A stretch of 64,000 nt of DNA from NCBI GenBank assembly GCA_964016885.1, contig OZ024765.1, positions 18,290,001 to 18,354,000 on the forward strand. The letters are read 5' to 3'. Positions 23,419 through 36,299 of the stretch are shown here, piece after piece. Source of the DNA: Eledone cirrhosa (Eukaryota). The translations under genes were made by a program, and so were the position numbers. Each line of letters starts with the position of its first letter. The first letter of the stretch is position 1. The notes under the pieces were generated by a model. That model did not search any database, had not been told where the DNA came from, and worked only from the letters and a program-made list of their open reading frames with translations.

Positions 23419-23479
23419 GAAATAAAGTCGTCGATGTTGGCTGGATGGTGGGTTATCTGGTGTGCAGTGGTTGGATGGT

Positions 23480-24200
23480 GGGGGTGGCGGTGGTGGTGGT
23501 GGTGGTGGTGATGGCGGCGGTGGTAGTGGTAGTATTGGTGGTGGTGGTGGTAGTGGTGTTGGTGATGGCGGCGGTGGTAGTGTTGGTGGTGGTGGTGGTG
23601 GTGGTGGTAGTGGTGTTGGTGATGGCGGCGGCGGCGGTGGTAGTGTTGGTGGTGGTGGTATTGGTGATGGCGGCGGCGGCGGTGGTGGTGGTGGTGGTGC
23701 TGCTGGTGGTGGTAGTGGTGGTGGTGGTGGTATTGATGGTGGTGGCGGCGGTGGTGGTAGGGGTGATGGCGGTGGTGGTGGTAGTGGTGATGGCGGCGGC
23801 GGTGGTAGTGTTGGTGGTGGTGCTGTTGGTGCTGGTGGTGGTGTTGCTGGTGGTGGTGGTGGTGGCGGCGGTGGTGGTAGTGGTGATGGCGGCGGCAGTG
23901 GTAGTGGTAGTGTCGGTGGTGGTGGTGGTGGTGGTGGTGTTGGTGATGGCGGCGGCAGCGGCAGTGGTAGTGGTGGCGGTGTCGGTGGTGGTGGCTGTTA
24001 ATATGTTATGAAGCTACGTGATTGCTTATTTATTTATGAAAAGAGGGACAAGTGTAACGGAAGTAGAGGTGACAGCAACCGCAATGTGGTGGTGGTGGTG
24101 GTGGTGCTGGTGGTGGTGGTGGTGGTGGTGGTGGTGGTGTTGGTGGGAGGGTACAGCTGATAGCAATGGTTACTATTGGTGATGGTGGTGTTGGTGGTGC
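23480..24200. repeat. (GGT/GGC)n tracts immediately upstream of the white-like exon
   Basis: Read directly from the sequence. Confidence 0.9.
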
Positions 24201-24515
24201 TTTTGTTAGTATTGCTGATATGAAGGTGCGTACATACATACATACATACATACATACATACATACATACATACATACATACATACATACATACACATATA
24301 CATTATATACATATATATGAGTGTGTGTGCGTGTGTGTGTGTGTGTATCGGTAATAACAAACGTGTTTAGGTTAACTTTGCCTTTCATCCTTACGGGGTC
24401 GATAAAATAAAGTACCAGTAATACACTGGGTAATTGCTGGCCTTGTGCCAAAAGTAGAAACATTTATTAATATTTAAGTCTATACATCATATGTATGTGT
24501 GCATCTATCTATGTA

Positions 24516-24550
<35 letters not shown>

Positions 24551-24713
24551 GTTTGTGTATGTGTGAGTATACATATATATATATATGTATGTACGTGTGT
24601 GTGTGTATATATATATGTATATATATGTATGTATGTATGTATGTATATATATATATATATGTATATATATGTATGTATGTATGTATATATATATATATGT
24701 TGTTTTTTTTTCA

Positions 24714-24933
24714 ACGATCGACTTTCGTCAAATCGGACCGAGGAAACAATGTTTCCGTTGGTCTTTCCAATTGCTAATACTATCTATCGGTCGCAACTCC
24801 AGGTAGAAGGAGCAACGTGAAATAAATAAAGTGTCTTGCTCAAGGACATAACGCATCGCCTGGTCCAGGAATCGAACTCACAACCTTACAATTGCGAATC
24901 CAATTCTCTAAACACTCAGCCACACGCCTTCAC
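24714..24933 (-). mobile_element. Second copy of the chimeric CORE-SINE + structured tail
   Basis: Reverse complement of 11779-11997 with the same junction (TTGCTCC|TTCTACC). Confidence 0.85.
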
Positions 24934-24964
<31 letters not shown>

Positions 24965-25000
24965 TATATATGTATGTATGTATGTATGTACATACATATG

Positions 25001-25608
25001 TCAGGTCACCAGTTAGTGCTACTGGTAACATGTATCCCAGTACAACCTGTCTCATTGTCGGGTCGTTGGCGACTAAACTGGCAACTCCACCAAGGTTTCT
25101 TGGTGTGGAGGGTGACTTTGGACATCCTGCAGGACTAAAAACAAAACCTGTCAAAGGGCAAAGGAGCTCTTAAGAGTCAATGGCCATCCAAAATCACCGG
25201 GAGAGATGACCCCTTAGCCTTTGTCAAGGCAGAATTCTAGGAGAAGGAAAACTCTGATATAACACCTGCAACCCTGATGGTATCCAATGATGTTGACTTG
25301 TTCTTCTTTTTGGTAAATATCATCTTGGTTAAGAGAGTGGGACTGGCTTTGTGCAGTGCCTTTGCTCACTATAAAAGCTTCACGGCACAGGCATTGCTTT
25401 ATATCTGGAGATCTCTCTGCACTTGTCGTCACATGGTACCATGGGCCCAGCACTATGTGTCAATAATTGTCACAGGTGTAGTGTTTGTACCAGAGTTTTC
25501 AAGTCGCTGGCTGGACTAAAAAGTCACACTCTTTCAGCGCATCGGTAGGGGTTCTCCTACATGGATATAAAGTAGTGGCCGTACTCGAAAACGAGTTGGC
25601 AGCCACCA
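25001..25608 (+). mobile_element. Probable full-length (~610 bp) non-autonomous bipartite RTE-type element (family N)
   Basis: Carries the RTE 5'UTR-like motif CTAGGAGAAGGAAAACTCTGA and an RTE-like 3' end TACTCGAAAACGAGTTGGCAGCCACCATG. No RT ORF. The same 5' start GTCAGGTCACC recurs at 26663. Confidence 0.75.
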
Positions 25609-26074
25609 TGTACATATATATATATATATATACATATATATAGGTGTGTGTGTGTGTGATATATATATATATATATGTGTGTGTGTATGTATGTATATAT
25701 GTATGTCTGTATGTCTGTATGTCTGAGCGGTAACGATAACAAACCTGGCCTGGAAACGAATATTCAGTCAGGCGGAATGGAGGATATATGACGTTAAAGT
25801 GCAACACGATCTAATTGTTCAGTGAAGGGAACATCATTGTCAACATATTTAGGAGTAAATCTCCCCGCATTCCACAGCCACTTGAACCGTTGACGTAAAT
25901 CTCAGGGAGATTCACTGAACACGTGACATTGAGTATGACGTAAGTGGTCACTTTCAATTCCAGATAGAGTTCACCTTGTGTTATGATTGAACATTTCATA
26001 GAGACACCTGTATGTATGTATGTATGTATGTATGTATGTATGTATGTATGTATGTATGTATGTATGTATGTATG

Positions 26075-26575
26075 TTTTCTCTTTCTCCTAATTTCGAGTA
26101 TATTTTTTTGACCGGCCACCTTCCTGGTGGCAAGGTTGTAAAAGAAAAGAAATTGTCATCCCTTGAATCGCAAGAATGTTTTGCATATTTTGAAGGTGCC
26201 AGCTATCGCAGCCATTTGTAGACTATGAATTAGGGAGCTGCGCTTTTTGTCCGCAAATCCAAGTTCGGTCATACTTTGGTCCAAGCGGGTTGGTATATAA
26301 CCCGTAGCACCAATAATGATGGGTATGAAGCTAAAGGTGTATCTTGGATACTGGATTTGTAAGCTCCTCATCAATGGTCCGTAGATGTCCTCCTTCTCCT
26401 GTATTTTTCTGACAACGTTTACATCAAGTGGGCAGCTGATCTCCACAACAGAACACGTTTTCAATGTGTGGTCCCAAACTACAATATCAGGCCGGTTGTG
26501 CTTTAATTTGGTGGCAGTTTTTATTTTCAGGTTCCACCAGTATTCCTTAGTGCCATCTGTCTCAATATATTCTTA
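26075..26575 (-). mobile_element. R4/Dong-type RLE 3' fragment flanked on both sides by (TATG)n
   Basis: Near-identical to 17285-17798. Ends ...FKICKTFLRFKG* plus 3'UTR. Confidence 0.85.
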
Positions 26576-26629
26576 TGTATGTATGTATGTATGTATGTAT
26601 GTATGTATGTATGTATGTATGTATGTATG

Positions 26630-26660
<31 letters not shown>

Positions 26661-26957
26661 TTGTCAGGTCACCAGTTGGTGCTACTGGTAACATGTATCC
26701 CAGTACAACCTGTCTCATAGTCGGGTCGTTGGCGACTAAATTGGCACCCCACCAAGGTTTCTTGGTGAGGAGGGTGACTTTGGACATCCTGCAACAGAAA
26801 AAAGGTTTTCCAGAGTTATTAATATTAATTCAAAATATTAACAAAATAGATATTCTTGTGATCAATTATATTTTATTATACATATTTCAGAGGTACCGAG
26901 TTAAGTTCAACAGTACGTCCTCATCATATATATATATATATATATATATATTTTCTA

Positions 26958-27155
26958 TTCTAAGGCGGGTAAAATTCCCGAGATCCATGGACGAGTTCTC
27001 TCCAGCGGTCTCTGTCCCTCATTATCGCTGCCATGTCCTGCGTCTCCAATAGACCAGTGTCTGTCCTTAGGGCATCAACATACGTTAACCTTGGTCTTCT
27101 TCTTCTAGTGTGTCCATGTAGGGGCTCCCAAAGGAGCACTGAGTGCAATGTCAAC
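26958..27155 (-). mobile_element. RTE 3' end, inverted relative of 28216-28412
   Basis: [36 protein letters not shown]. Confidence 0.85.
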
Positions 27156-27389
27156 TATATATATATATATATAGTAATAATAATAAATTTGAAGACTAAA
27201 ATCCAAAGGGGGCTCGATAAGGATAAATATATATCAAATATATAAGAACCGGAGAGCAAATATTTATTAAAATAACAGATTAAAGTTTAAGCAAAGAATC
27301 GCTGCTTTCACCTTTAACGGGATCTTCTGAAACAGTTTCAGAAGATACCGTTAAGCGACTCTTTGCTTAAATTTTAATCTGTTATTTTA

Positions 27390-27441
<52 letters not shown>

Positions 27442-27520
27442 TGGTTTATATATATATATACTGGTTTATATATATATATACTGGTTTATATATATATATA
27501 TATATATATAAATATCGAGG

Positions 27521-27576
<56 letters not shown>

Positions 27577-27596
27577 GAGAGAAAGAGAGAGAGATA

Positions 27597-27640
<44 letters not shown>

Positions 27641-27680
27641 AAAATGTTCAAGACCCCGACAGCAGAGCTCAAGTATTTTC

Positions 27681-27783
<103 letters not shown>

Positions 27784-27812
27784 GTATATATATATATATA
27801 TATATATATAAT

Positions 27813-28412
27813 GTAGGCGGGAAGCCGCTGGAATTGGTTGAGGACTTCCTGTATTTGGGAGCAAAGATTGGGAATACGGAAGATGATGTGGTTGGGAGGA
27901 AGAGCAAGGCCTGGGCGGCGTGTCACAGCTTGAGATCGGTGTGGAAGTCGGACCTTCGTAGAGACCTGAAAATCCGCCTCTTCATTGCTGTAGTGGAGTC
28001 TGTGCTGCTGTATGGGTCTGAGACTTGGACACTGACCAAGAGACTCACTCAGATGGTGGATGGGTGCTACACGAGAATGCTGAGGATGGCTCTGAACATT
28101 AATCAGTATACACTGAGGATGAAAAACTCAGAGCTGTATGGGAGCATCCCAAAATTCAGCTCAAAAGTGACACAGAGGAGACTGAGGTTGGCTGGACATG
28201 CTCACCGACATCCAGAGTTGACATTGCACTCAGTGCTCCTTTGGGAGCCCCTACATGGACACACTAGAAGAGGAAGACCAAGGTTAACATATGTTGATGC
28301 CCTAAGGACAGACACTGGTCTGTTGGAGATGCAGGATATGGCAGCGATAATGAGGGACAGAGACCGCTGGAGAGAACTCGTCCATGGATCTCGGGAATTT
28401 TACCCGCCTTAG
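27813..28412 (+). mobile_element. 5'-truncated RTE LINE with an open ORF2 C-terminus, in (TA)n
   Basis: VEDFLYLG...[15 protein letters not shown]...[11 protein letters not shown]...[12 protein letters not shown]...[10 protein letters not shown]. Confidence 0.9.
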
Positions 28413-28454
28413 ATAGATATATATAAAGGTATATATATATATATATATAAAGAT

Positions 28455-28552
<98 letters not shown>

Positions 28553-28562
28553 GTATATATAT

Positions 28563-28626
<64 letters not shown>

Positions 28627-28640
28627 GTATATATATATAT

Positions 28641-28710
<70 letters not shown>

Positions 28711-28726
28711 GTATATATATATATAT

Positions 28727-28772
<46 letters not shown>

Positions 28773-28941
28773 AATGAATAATAAAACAGGTAGACATCAT
28801 AAAAGGGTAAATTATTCCGAGTGCTTACAAATGTTACAACAGTAGTTTCACAGCCTCGTCATACTATGTGCAACTCTATCTAGTGTAGTAATTCAACATT
28901 ACTGCATTCAGAATAGTCCTAAGCATTTCCTGCATAACCTA

Positions 28942-29007
<66 letters not shown>

Positions 29008-29021
29008 TATATATACTAAGA

Positions 29022-29211
29022 ATAATTGTTTCTACTTTTGGCACAAGGCCAGCAATTACCCAGTGCGTTACTGGTACTTTATTTTATCGACCCCGTAAGG
29101 ATGAAAGGCAAAGTCAACCTCGGCGGGATTTGAACTCAGATCGTAAAGGGACGTAACTATGCTGGAAAGCATGGCGTCCGACCCTCTACCGATACTGCCA
29201 ATCCACTGCCC
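29022..29211 (-). mobile_element. Full-length tRNA-derived SINE family A
   Basis: A-box TGGCAGTATCGG, B-box GAGTTCAAATCC, conserved body GCCTTTCATCCTTACGGGGTCGATAAAATAAAGTACCAG, tail GTAGAAACAATT. Confidence 0.9.
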
Positions 29212-29690
29212 TGGATTGGTCCCACCCGCGACAATAGTCGTTCTACATAGCCCCACAGGTCAGTGACGCCCGGGCAGTGTATGAATGCGTGCGCGACGGT
29301 TTCTTCGTCTCGCACGCACCTCGGACAGATCTTTTTTGCAGGGTCCCTGCCCGGGCGCCAGGGTCCCTGCCCGTGTGATAGCTATGGCGAAAGAATAATG
29401 AGTTCTAAACTCGTGTGATAGCTATGGCGAAAGAATAATGAGTTCTAAACTCAAGCAGTCCTTTACAATGAAATAGCTCAAAGAAAGAAGTATTTCTGAG
29501 CCGTGTAATACAAGTTTTGCCAATATCGTTTGTTTTTATTGATTTATTATTTTAAATCGAGACAGACAAACTGTATTATTATAATTAGTATTTTTCAATC
29601 TAGCTAACTTAGTCTTTTACAATACAAACACTTATATGTTGGTATTTGTGTTTCATCATATATATTAATTTATATTAACTTGTATATATA

Positions 29691-29732
<42 letters not shown>

Positions 29733-29754
29733 ACAAACCGTCCATCTCAATTCT

Positions 29755-29792
29755 ACATTTGAAAAGCACAAGAACTGCGAAACCGGTAAAGG
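29755..29792 (+). ncRNA. Degenerate minimal hammerhead with a U3-A8-type core
   Basis: TTGAAAA-GCA CAAGAAC TGC-GAAA-CCGG-TA. Stem I pairs poorly. Confidence 0.4.
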
Positions 29793-29848
29793 AACCAAAT
29801 GAATATTTTTAAAAAGACTCCAGTTGCATTTTCGATTTCATGTTTTTT

Positions 29849-29934
<86 letters not shown>

Positions 29935-29967
29935 ATATATATGTATATATATATGTATATATAGATG

Positions 29968-29998
<31 letters not shown>

Positions 29999-30149
29999 GT
30001 ATGTATATATATATATGTATATATATATGTATATATATATGTATATATATATATATATGTATATGTATATGTATATGTATATATATATGTATATAGATAT
30101 GTATATATATATGTATATATATATGTATATATATATGTATATATATATG

Positions 30150-30232
<83 letters not shown>

Positions 30233-30263
30233 GTATATGTATATGTATATATATATGTATATA

Positions 30264-30386
<123 letters not shown>

Positions 30387-30583
30387 GTATATGTATATAT
30401 ATATGTATATGTATATATATATGTATATATATATGTATATATATATGTATATACATATGTATATATATATGTATATATATATGTATATATATATGTATAT
30501 ATAGATGTATATATATATATATGTATATATATATGTATATATATATGTATATATATATGTATATATATATGTATATATAGATG

Positions 30584-30614
<31 letters not shown>

Positions 30615-30644
30615 GTATATATATATGTATATATATATATACAT

Positions 30645-30822
30645 ACAACAGTTAGTTCACCATACCGAGAACAATTGTTTCACCTTAGCGGATCCTCAGC
30701 TCCGCTAAGGTGAAACAATTGTTCTCGGTATGGTGAACTAACTGTTGTGTAACCACTTCTACCTAATTCGCCCCATGGACTGAGTGCTCTACCACTACGG
30801 ATATTACCTTCCAGTGTTCTAC

Positions 30823-30827
<5 letters not shown>
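30645..30827 (+). mobile_element. Penelope-type end with a perfect fold-back centred on an HHR core
   Basis: Palindrome 30645-30748. The minus arm reads CTGAGGA TCCGCTAAGGT GAAA C AATT G TT. A related tail (ATGGACTGAGTGCTCT) lies at 58800. Confidence 0.7.
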
Positions 30828-30894
<67 letters not shown>

Positions 30895-31149
30895 TAATAA
30901 AATTGAAGACTAAAATCCAAAGAGGGCTCGATAAGGAAAATATATATCAAATATATAAGAACCGTAGAGCAAATATTTATTAAAATAACAGATTAAAGTT
31001 TAAGCAAAGAATCGCTGCTTTCACCCTTAACGAGATCTTCTGAAACTAAGAAAGTCAATCTGTATATACATATAACGGCGATGAATTATTTTTGCGAGGT
31101 TTTTTATATGAAATCGTGTGTCGAAACAAATATTGTTATACTAAGTAAA

Positions 31150-31445
31150 CAGACTAAATAAAGATGGCGTAGGCATACAATAGAACAGGAGGAAACATAA
31201 TAGCACCACTGACGATGTTGCAGATGTGCAACGAAAGAACTTCGTTAGACTATGTATATGTGTTTGTGTCTATATTATATCTGTATTTTTGACCGTTGGT
31301 CAGTCAATGGTAAACATTGAGAACCGAATAAATTAAATTAACCGATATAAAAGATACAGAAGTGAAAACCAACCAAACAGTGAGTGTGTTCTGTTATTAA
31401 TTCTGGCAATATCATTACAATATGACCCTCCCCAAGTATAACAAT
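31150..31445 (+). mobile_element. Family P2 element with hammerhead (31205-31246)
   Basis: CTGACGA-TGTTGCA GATG TGCAAC-GAAA-GAAC-TT. Relatives at 40700-40965 and 51385-51562 (minus). Confidence 0.7.
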
Positions 31446-31457
31446 ATATATATATAT

Positions 31458-31634
31458 AACGAAGGAAATGTGGTAAGGAACCAGGTGGACCATAACGCAC
31501 CAAAGTACTCAATACTTAGGGTAGTAGAGTGGGTAATAGGAACCAGTAAGACCCCGACGACTGAGCTCAAGCCGTTTCGACAGAATTAGCCGTCGAAACG
31601 GCTTGAGCTCAGCCGTCGGGGTCTTACTGGTTCC

Positions 31635-31636
<2 letters not shown>
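31458..31636 (-). mobile_element. Family P1 element with fold-back
   Basis: Inverted arms around TTCGACAGAATTAGCCGTCGAA. Confidence 0.75.
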
Positions 31637-31666
<30 letters not shown>

Positions 31667-32038
31667 ATGATTTCTCCTGAATGAAACAGTTCTAGTCCTG
31701 TAGAAGCCTTTTCTATATTAAATATATATTTATATACAAGCAAATTATAAACGTAAATATGTAAGTATGTTTTTGATATCTATTTATATTTATATATCTA
31801 TATATGTGTGTGTCAGCTGTTTTTCTATGTCCTTAGTTTCTGTATCATTGTCTATTCCTTGCTCTTTGTCCCTACCTGTCGGCTGTTCTAACAATCGCTG
31901 CCTCTCCTCCTTCTCCACCTCATTCTGGCTCTTCTAACCACAACACCTCCCCTCTATCTTTCTATCACTTATCTTTGATTCTCTTTGTATTGTGACTTCA
32001 TCCCAGAGTAAATCTAGTACACCTTTCATCACACACTG

Positions 32039-32084
<46 letters not shown>

Positions 32085-32258
32085 GTATGTATGAATGTGT
32101 GTATATATAAATATATATATGTATGTATATATACACACACATATATATGTATTTATATATATATACACATACATATACGCACACATATATATATATGTAT
32201 ATATATACACATATATATATGTATGTATTTACATATATATACACATACACACACGCAC

Positions 32259-32290
<32 letters not shown>

Positions 32291-32541
32291 GTATGTATTT
32301 ATATATATATATACACATACACACACGCATATATATATATACATATATATATATGTATTTATATATATATATATACATATACACGCACGCACAAACACAC
32401 ACACACATATATATATATATACACACATATATACATACACGCACACACACACATATATACACATATATATATATGTATTTATATATATATATACACATAC
32501 ACACATGCACACATATATATATATATATATACACACATATG

Positions 32542-32577
<36 letters not shown>

Positions 32578-32590
32578 CACACACGCACAA

Positions 32591-32660
<70 letters not shown>

Positions 32661-32702
32661 GCACACACACACACATTTATATATATATATATATATATAT
32701 AT

Positions 32703-32798
32703 TTCTACCTGAAGTTGCGACCGATAGATAGTATTAGCAATTGGAAAGACCAACGGAAACATTGTTCCCTCGGTCCGATTTGACGAAAGTCGATCGTT

Positions 32799-32800
<2 letters not shown>
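32703..32800 (+). mobile_element. Stand-alone structured tail module in (TA)n
   Basis: Matches 11900-11997 and begins at the same TTCTACCT junction. Confidence 0.75.
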
Positions 32801-32853
<53 letters not shown>

Positions 32854-32989
32854 TACTGGTAATAAGGTGGTAATGAGTTGGTCAGGGTGGCCGTGGTCTT
32901 TTGTGTGGTTTTCGCCACGATTAACCCTCGGAGGTTTCCCCCCTATTGGGGAAATTTTTCATTGTTTCCCATTTTCATTTTTATTGTTT

Positions 32990-34260
32990 ACTAGCAGAAT
33001 GGCCCGGCGTTACTCGGGATTTGCTCTAGGGTTCTTATATATTTGATATATATTTATCCTTATTGAGCCTCGTGAAATAAATATGTTTATTTATATTTTG
33101 TTATTGTGTATGCAAAAATATCTGTACACGAATATATAATTATATATATATCTATATATCTAAAACAGAGAATGTCTGTCTGTCTGTCTGTCAGCTCACT
33201 AAAACTTGAGAACCACCCAACCGATTGTTTTCAAACTTTACACATATAATACTTATGGTCCTGTGAGTGTTTTGAGCAAACAATATTTCAAATGTCCAAT
33301 GCCCTAGGGACCGCATTAGGCGATTTAGCGATCTCTTTCTATAATTCTTAGTCTTTCTTTTTAGATAGATACATAGATACAACGTTGCGCCCTTATAATA
33401 TCTGTCTGTATGTCTGACTGTCTACATTACGTCATTATGACGCGATCAGTGTGTGTGCGTATGCAGACAGCAAGACATATAGCTTTCCTTCCCCTCTTCC
33501 AGCGTCTCTCTCTCTCCCGCTATCCCCCTCTTTTAGTATGTCTGTTTCTTTCACTCTCACTCTTTCTCTTTATAACTCACTCACATTAATACTAAAGGGT
33601 TAAGGTATTGTTCTCAAAATAAATAATATTAAATCTATGAGATTTTTATATGATGTGAGATAAAGCCTTTACCATGAAAATAATATAGTATATATAGAGT
33701 AATGTAAATGCTAAAGGGTTAATTCCATCAGACCATGTGAGAGAGTTTATAATCACTCACGCACACATACACACTCACGCATGCAAACGCACACAAACTC
33801 ACACACACACGCAATAGTTATTCCACTGTCATGTATCTTTGACGCATACAACTCACAAAAGACGACGTCTGTCACTCTCTCTCTCTCTCCCAATATCCCC
33901 CTCTTTTAGTATGTCTGTTTCTTTCACTCTCATTCTTTCTCTCTGTAACTCGTTCACATTTCTCCCCTCTATCGAAAAACGCTGTGACGAATGGGGAGAA
34001 GGAGGAGGAGGAGTAGAGAGCCACTTCTTCACTTCGCCTCTCCGTTTCTTTCTCTTCCCTCTCACTCCCTCATTATGTACAGACATTGGCCACTTCACTA
34101 ATTCAATCCCTAGGTCAGAATAATTTGAAAGTGTTGCTCAAAACACTTCCAGGGCCCTACGGGTTACATGTGTAGAGTTTGAAAAAAAAACGGTTGGGTA
34201 CTTCTCGAGTTTTAGGGAAACAGACACACTGACAGACATCCTCTGTTTTATATATATATA
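32990..34260 (-). mobile_element. Non-autonomous Helitron-like element with a nested, oppositely oriented 5' fragment at 33150-33330
   Basis: 3' CTAGT end with subterminal hairpin (ACTAGCAGAATGGCCCGGCGTTACTCGGG on +). 5' ends TATATATAAAACAGAG.ATGTCTGTC at 34260(-) and 33150(+). Confidence 0.6.
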
Positions 34261-34421
34261 TGTTTTTATGTCTTTTTTTCTTTTCTTATATAAATAATAA
34301 AAATCTTTACACGCACAAAACCCACATCGTACCGTCCTGTACCGTCCAGTGCCGTCTGTAATGTTTTTCTTGATGTCAGCCCTTGTGGCCAATAAAGCAA
34401 TCATTATTATTATTATTGTAT

Positions 34422-34620
34422 TGGCGGTGGATTGGCAGTATCAGTAGAGGGTCGGACGCCATGCTTTCCAGCATAGTTACGTCCCTTTACGATCTGAGTT
34501 CAAATCCCGCCGAGGTTGACTTTGCCTTTCATCCTTACGGGGTCGATAAAATAAAGTACCAGTAATGCACTGGGTAATTGCTGGCCTTGTGCCTAAAGTA
34601 GAAACAATTATTATTATTAT
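34422..34620 (+). mobile_element. Full-length SINE family A
   Basis: Same consensus as 29022-29211, flanked by (TAT)n. Confidence 0.9.
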
Positions 34621-35110
34621 TGTCGCGTGTGGAACAAATCCGGCTATCGGCAGAGTCCATAGTGAAGATCGAGCCGCCACCTTCCTTAGGTCAGGAAGAG
34701 CAGGCAATTTTCCTCTGTCTGGTGGCCGTTGCGAAAGAGGTTATATGGTGGACCAGATGAAAAGGACTGGAGACAGACACTTTTCTCTTCGGCCAACCCC
34801 TCATCAACTTCTTCAAGTTTCACCTGGAAAGGAAGGTGAGGGTGGAGAGGGAAGTGCTGCCCTGGCCCCAAGTACATTTGCTAAAAGGTGGATGAATGTG
34901 GCGAAAATGGCCCGTGTGAATGGGCCTACTCTGACCATGCGCCTATAGGCTAGCTAACTTGAGGAGAGGGGTGCTCTCCCTGGGTGCCCTAGAAGCGCAG
35001 GGTCGTTCAGGATTGGTGGGATACCTGAGTCACCCCAGGGTCGTCCACCCCCTATCGGGGAATTTATTTTGTTATATTTATGCATAGTTTATTTTATATT
35101 TTTTATATCT
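34620..35110 (+). mobile_element. Tx1/L1-clade LINE 3' fragment
   Basis: LSRVEQIRLSAESIVKIEPPP..FLCLVAVAKEVIWWTR*..FFKFHLERKVRVERE..FAKRW, followed by a 3'UTR shared with 51565-51850 and 52089-52465. Confidence 0.7.
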
Positions 35111-35222
35111 ACATTTATATACATATATATATCTGTAGATAGATAGATAAATATATAGAGTAGATAGAGAGAGAGGGGAAATGAGAAAAGGATATAGAGG
35201 AAGAATCGACCCCAGTACTAGA

Positions 35223-35273
<51 letters not shown>

Positions 35274-35326
35274 TCGTTGTTAACCCAATAATTTAAATAT
35301 AACTTTCCATATATATATATATATAT

Positions 35327-35972
35327 AGTAATAATAATAAAATTGAAGACTAAAATCCAAAGAGGGGTCGATAAGGAAAATATATATCAAATATATAAGA
35401 ACCGTAGAGCAAATATTTATTAAAATAACAGATTAAAGTTTAAGCAAAGAATCGCTGCTTTCACCCTTAACGGGATCTTCTGAAACTAACAAAGTCAATC
35501 TGTAAACGCAGAACTGGATATTTCAAAAAACGTTGCAACCGGAGGAAGACAGGAAGACGATACTTTGGTTCGTGGTAACGTTCGCTGGCAAAGAACGGGA
35601 AAAAACGAATAATACGTCATTAATAGGAGCGGTTAACTTTGGCCGAGGTTAACTTTGCCTTTCATCCTTACGGGGTCGATAAAATAAAGTACCAGTAATG
35701 CACTGGGTAATTGCTGGCCTTGTGCCAAAAGTAGAAACAATTAATAGGAGCGGTGAAAAACAATTACGCGCAAAGACAAAATCACGTTTAGGTATAAAAG
35801 AGGTCGTAGACTAATGTTCTCTAAGTGGTGCATAGAGACGTTCTCTGGCAATGAACGAAAAAACGAAGATAATAAGTCATATGTGGAGCGTGGTGAACAA
35901 TAGCACGCAAAGACAAAACCACGTAAATGGTATAGCAGCGATTCTTTGCTTAAACTTTAATCTGTTATTTTA

Positions 35973-35977
<5 letters not shown>
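35327..35977 (-). mobile_element. Longest family P4 element, with inverted end and a nested SINE-A (35634-35745)
   Basis: The terminal 35935-35977 is inverse to 35413-35458. The SINE is flanked by a 15-bp TSD ATTAATAGGAGCGGT. Confidence 0.75.
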
Positions 35978-36029
<52 letters not shown>

Positions 36030-36033
<4 letters not shown>

Positions 36034-36221
36034 AAAAAGTATGACTCCGACGGCAGCGCTCCAGCCGTTTCGACGGCTATTTCTGGTCCAGAAATACCCG
36101 TCGAAACGGCTTGATCTTTGCCGTCGGGGTCATACTTTTTCCTATTACCCACTCTACTACCCTAAGTATTGAGTACTCTGGTGTGTTATGGTCCATGTGG
36201 TTCCTTACCACAATTCCTTCG

Positions 36222-36223
<2 letters not shown>
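36030..36223 (+). mobile_element. Family P1 element with fold-back
   Basis: GAAAAAGTATGACTCCGACGGC...GCCGTCGGGGTCATACTTTTTC followed by the P1 3' end. Confidence 0.75.
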
Positions 36224-36257
<34 letters not shown>

Positions 36258-36299
36258 AGAGATAGAGTGAGGGAGAGGAAATGAGAAAGAGATATAGAG

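Noticed and set aside
25001-25086. HDV-like ribozyme at the 5' end of family N
   Set aside because: P1- and P2-like pairings and a CTAA linker exist, but I could not place P3/L3 and P1.1 in the required order.
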